DNA of 39,606 bases from Octopus bimaculoides. Its lineage: Eukaryota. A program made the translations under genes and the position numbers. Position 1 is the first letter of the stretch. Each line of letters opens with the position of its first letter. Shown here one piece after another: positions 34,859-39,606 of this stretch. The stretch is from the NCBI RefSeq assembly GCF_001194135.2, contig NC_069006.1:22839188-22878793 (forward strand), in the 5' to 3' direction. Under the pieces are notes generated by a model. That model was not told the origin of the DNA, made no database searches, and saw only the letters and a list, made by a program, of their open reading frames with translations.

Positions 34859-37179
34859 AATCGCAAGTCCTTTTTTAAAATCTAGGAGAAATGTCAGAAC
34901 GTTGGCTAGATACTTATGTCTATTGGAAGAAAACGTTGCACAAAGTAGCGTGAACTGGGGATTTCTGGAAAAATGCAGACATTGCATTAACAGCAGAGAA
35001 AAGGGGTATATTTGAGAATTCGTTCTATCCAGAGGCCTATCTGAATTCTATATTGTGAAATATGTTTACTTTGTTCTCACGAATGAAAGTATCTCTCAAC
35101 CAACAGGTCGAGTTCACTCCAATAGTAAGGGTTGACTCTCCCCACTACAAATAAAAATTTCATTTTCTCCACGTCTAGTATTTACACCCACCCACCCACC
35201 GACACATATACACGACCACACTGGCCTTTTAAACTCCCATCTGTTTTTTTTTTTTTGTCTCCTCTTTACCATCTCGCCTTACCCCATGTTCATCTCAAAA
35301 CCACATACGCAAAAAAAATGGAGTGGGCAATTGCCACTTGAATGTTGACATGCAGGACAATGGCTAAATGAGACCAATCTTGAGGGCTTAAAAACCAACC
35401 TCGTTTTTCTTGTGATTGCTTTTTTATTTCATTTTTACAGTGTTTTTTTCCATCCATGAATTCTATTCTGGTCTTTTGACATCTCAGCCCCATCAACCGG
35501 ATAAGGAGATTTTAGGCCTCCAGCAATAAATAGTCTAAGCTATACTTTTCCACCCAGCCGTATCCCATGATTTTTAGTTTATCTTTTCACACTTAAAAGT
35601 TCTTTAACATAAAAAAATGGCTTTTACAAAACTAAATTTCTAATATTGTGAGTGCGTGCACACGCGTACACAAACATACTGACATTCACATATGCATGCA
35701 TACATACTGAGTGTTTAAAACTTTATCATTGAATTCGAAATCTTCTAGGCTTTTACTTGATAAACACCTGGCTTTGCATAGATATTAAGCAGGAAGGATT
35801 CAAAAGGGAATACATTCAAATATTCTTAGTTTACTTCCATCTCAGTTTTAAAATTGCTTTGTGAAAATTCTTACTACTACTACTTTTTCAACTTGAGCCA
35901 GTCGTGACTATTTACAAAAACAACAGTTAAATAGAATAAATAGAAAACTGTATGTGTATGTGCGCGCGCACACACACACATTAAAAGTGTCTAGATAGCT
36001 TGTGTTATCGGCTCCTGAAAGCTATTTGTAACCAGAATGCTAACTGCACATTCTTTCGATAGAGGTCGCCTGCGAATAGTGCTCTTGTATGAGGCTATTA
36101 TATGAAATTCCTGAGATAAACCAAACCTTTAACAATAACCTTTAAAGAGTTACTGGATCTCTCGTAATGGTTGTAATTTTTTTAGCTTTACGAAGAATGG
36201 GTGGAGATTTGAATCTGGCCTTTTTTCATTAAAAACTATGCAAAAGGGCACATAAATTGGAAGAAAAATAAAATTTTAGCGCTGTTTATTATTATTATTA
36301 TTATTATAGATAATATAAGACTGCTATGACTCCTCTGGAGGGAATATGTAAATAAAGAAGAAGAGTTCCATAATTAAATTTGCTGAACACAATATTCCGG
36401 TATCTCGCGTACCTTCAACGGGTTCGAAATTTGGTATGTCAGTCTACTTCATTTTTTTATAGATAATATAGGACTGCTATATCATTATGCCTTCAAAATT
36501 ACTAGCCTATTACTCAATGACTTACATTTAAACAAAATACCCATTTATCTAAGCTGGTTTCTGTAAGATTGCAAACAGGAAACTAAGTTCTTCTTTGCTT
36601 GTATCATTGAAGCTTACTAGTTGTAAAACAGATGGTTTCCAGACAAGTAGAACAATATTTTGTTTGAAAAGTTTTGTCTGAAGGATATCCTGCAGTATAA
36701 TAGTTATATATATTTTTTGTTCTTTATAACTATACGGTATAAAGAACAAATTATAAAGCTGGTAAATAACTTAGAGATGATACGCAGAGTATCTGTATTT
36801 CAAGAATTGCGCTTCTTTTGTATATTAACGACTGGCGTTTTATTCTTGAGGCCATTTTTGAATAGTAAATCTTTCTAGCAGTCTGCCTGTCCGTCACCTC
36901 ACTCTCTTTGCCCGCTGACGGGAATAACATGCAGGTTATATATATATATAAAGAGAGAATATTCTCGGAAATATTTTTTTCCTAACGTTTGTATTCAAGA
37001 AAGAAACGGCAATATGAATGGGATGTGTTGTCAGACGCAAAAATTCTTTTCCAGATTTCTGTATCAGAATCAGATAAGTCTCCCAAAAGTCGACGAAACT
37101 TAGTTTTGCTTGAGACTTTGAATGTTAGCTTGATGTATTTCTTTCCAGCATCCCTCAGCTCACAAGTTCACCTCACCGT

Positions 37180-37390
37180 AAATGAACACCGTGAATTGTT
37201 TTTGTTTATCCCACTCTCAAGCCAGACCTGATCCACTAAACTTCTCATTAAAAATGCTCTAGCTGTTAACATCTTGTCTTTTTGCATATCACGGACATCA
37301 CCGTCCATTGTATTCTTCTATAATATAGTACAGTGTGATTGAGGGAGATTTAGCTGCTATTTCTAGCAGGTTCACCGACAACGTAGAGTA
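37180..37390 (-). mobile_element. SINE-like repeat (same family as 19200 and 38205)
   Basis: Minus strand ctagaaatagcagctaaatctccctcaatcacac...aaaaagacaagatgttaacagctagagc...gggataaacaaaaacaa follows the recalled family 3' end. Confidence 0.6.
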
Positions 37391-38204
37391 CATACGAGAA
37401 CCCATTTTTAGTAGCAAGGCTGAATTGGAACCAAGGGTGAATTAAATGGTGGTGGGAACGCTCACTACTGAAGCACTTTTCACAATAGGTTTGTTCGAGC
37501 AGGGGTAACTTGGAATTGAACAAGGTTAACATAAACAGTCCACTTTCATTTGATAAATAACAGTCAGAATCATTAACTTTGAGCGCCAACAGAATCTATG
37601 CAAAAAAGACACACAAAAATGAAAAACAGAAAAAAAAAAGAGATCAACAACAAAATTAAATGCTTTCTTCGCGTTGTTGCTTACTTTCGTGTTTATGTTG
37701 TGTAGATCTTGCTTCTTTTTCCATCTGAAATATCCCGGTGTTACCTTTGCAAAGAAAAGCGGTTAGGCCACCTAGGGTAAAGAACTAGACCCGAGTGACA
37801 AGATGCTTTATTTAAAACAGTGAGTCCAGTATGATACAATTTGTTGGACGTACCGTTTACTAAAACACACATACACTCACTCACACGCTAGAAAGCTTTA
37901 GCTGTTGGGGAAGTTTTAAGAATGTAAGGACATTCCTTCAATGCTATCGATGTTCAGAAGAAAGTGAGACAGTGAAACTCTGGCAGGCCGTTTTGCAGGT
38001 TGTTGGCAGTTCCCCAGAGGGGACGCGCTCAATTTACCTTCCCAATTGATAGCATAACGTCAGTAACCGTCAAATGAAATTATACGGGGTGTAGTTTGAC
38101 GATGTGAAACTGGATCTCCACTTTCAAGGACCACCCCAACACTAATATTAGCGAGAATCAGTGATGGTTGCCTCTAAATACTATTACAGCTCGAAGTAAT
38201 AGTC

Positions 38205-38345
38205 AAATATCTCTTTGATAGCTCCTTACAGTCTTAAATAAGGAAAAGAACAGATTGGATAATGTAGTCCTTGGCATATGCTCCTAAAAAAAAAAAGAGG
38301 GGATCATTGCTAGAATACCTTTGATTATAGGTTAGCGTCATCAGA
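38205..38345 (+). mobile_element. SINE-like repeat 3' end (same family as 37180)
   Basis: cagtcttaaataaggaaaagaacagattggataatgtagtccttgg...aaaaaagaggggatcattgctagaatacctttgattatagg. Confidence 0.6.
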
Positions 38346-39572
38346 TTTGATGAACTGCAGCTGAGCGACAATTACACTACTAGCATTTACCAATATCAGA
38401 GCAAAACCTCAAGATTAATCTTAATTGAAAGCGATAAAACGTCCAGATGATGCCTATCTGGTTCAGATTACTGGAATGTTTACTGCTTTAAGTTTCTTGC
38501 ATATCCTCCTAAAACAAGTCCCATTCTGCTTGAATTAATGACCCTTCACACACACACACACACAGATGAGAATTTTCATCGGTATATAGTCCGGTTTTTT
38601 TTAAAAAAAGCTTTGCAAGTAGTAAGTGTAATAAAACAAAATGAATTTGTTCTTCAAATGTTTTAAATGAAAAGGAAATGAAAGATTTTTTTAGAAATAA
38701 CAATATTTTTTTTCGTAGTTTGCTGAAAATAAATGGTCAGTGGTGGTGGCGGATATTCATTCTGGGTTTGGTTTTGAATTCTTGTTTATTTGAACGTTAA
38801 AAGTTAAAATTAAACACTCACTAATAAATAAGTAACAAGCAAAAACCCAAAAAGAAAAGAGAAAACTATACAGTACAACAAAAATTGGCACAAAGTTATG
38901 TAAGCTATCTGCTCTCAGAAAACTTGATATTTCAGAGGAAGGAAGTCGAGATAAAAGAAGACAAGGCAGCTGGATGATGGAAAATGACTGTGTATAAAAG
39001 AGAGAGAGAGAGAGAGAGTGTGTGTGTGCGTATGTGTGTGTGTGCATGCATGCTCGTACGCACACACAAAAATGTTCATTTAAACACATCACAGTCATAT
39101 ACTTACTGGTCTACATGAGTAAACTTGAAAAATAAGCATATGTACACACATAGCACATTCTGTACCATACTACCTTCCTCCCACACTGACACTATATTCA
39201 GACAGACGCCTACATACACAAAACGACACATATTAACAAAGCAATCAAATTAACAGTGGAAATGGGAATGTACGGAATATATGATGGACTAGTATAAATA
39301 AAGGGAAATGGAGCCCTATTCAAATCTAGCCTACAGCCACTTCTTTCCTCTGATTTTTTCCGAATTCAAATTCCTGTCAAAAGCTCTTTACATGAAGAAT
39401 ATTGTCAGAGCGAATCTCGAGTATTTATATGAGCTAATGTTTATTGTAATTCTTTGGGATATAAACTAAATATGTTATATATATAAACTAAAATATGTTA
39501 AATCTAACACAACGCTTTTATTACTTTTCTGTACTCTCAGAATAGTTATTTTGATTTATCGAAAATAGTGAT

Positions 39573-39606
<34 letters not shown>

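Noticed and set aside
37921-38050. QCYRCSEESETVKLW, resembling a LINE zf-RVT CxxC..EET motif
   Set aside because: Lacks the conserved His/Cys and any flanking RT sequence; too short to call.
1-39606. tRNA genes, rRNA, CRISPR arrays, prokaryotic operons
   Set aside because: None seen. A/B-box-like words occur only in SINE heads without full cloverleafs, and tandem repeats have no unique spacers. ORFs rich in YI/HT/CV are microsatellite translations.

Overview
Eukaryotic, very AT-rich, microsatellite-dense genomic DNA from a short-read scaffold: five N-gaps, and both window ends stop in (TA)n. The interspersed repeats match SINE families I recall from Octopus/coleoid cephalopods; this is an inference from memory, not a database search. 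One protein-coding gene is well supported: three in-frame, phase-2 exons on the minus strand (CDS 3738-3437, 2514-2377, 1357-1256). They encode at least 180 aa of an acidic, coiled-coil-like protein I do not recognise, and the gene probably continues off the left edge. Its body is strongly CpG-depleted, and CpG density steps up at about 5.25 kb, close to its likely 5' end. The remaining ~34 kb is mostly a transposon graveyard. It holds a decayed CR1/L2-like RT fragment, a Tx1/L1-type ORF1 (zinc-knuckle) element, two restriction-like-endonuclease (RLE) LINE remnants, a 564-bp foldback element, Penelope-like terminal fragments, many tRNA-type SINEs, minisatellites and microsatellites. Most ORFs in the supplied track are spurious (microsatellite-, gap- or SINE-derived). 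I found no convincingly new multi-gene system. The best leads are the unrecognised gene, the CpG boundary, the foldback element, a PLAT-like peptide and inverted SINE pairs.
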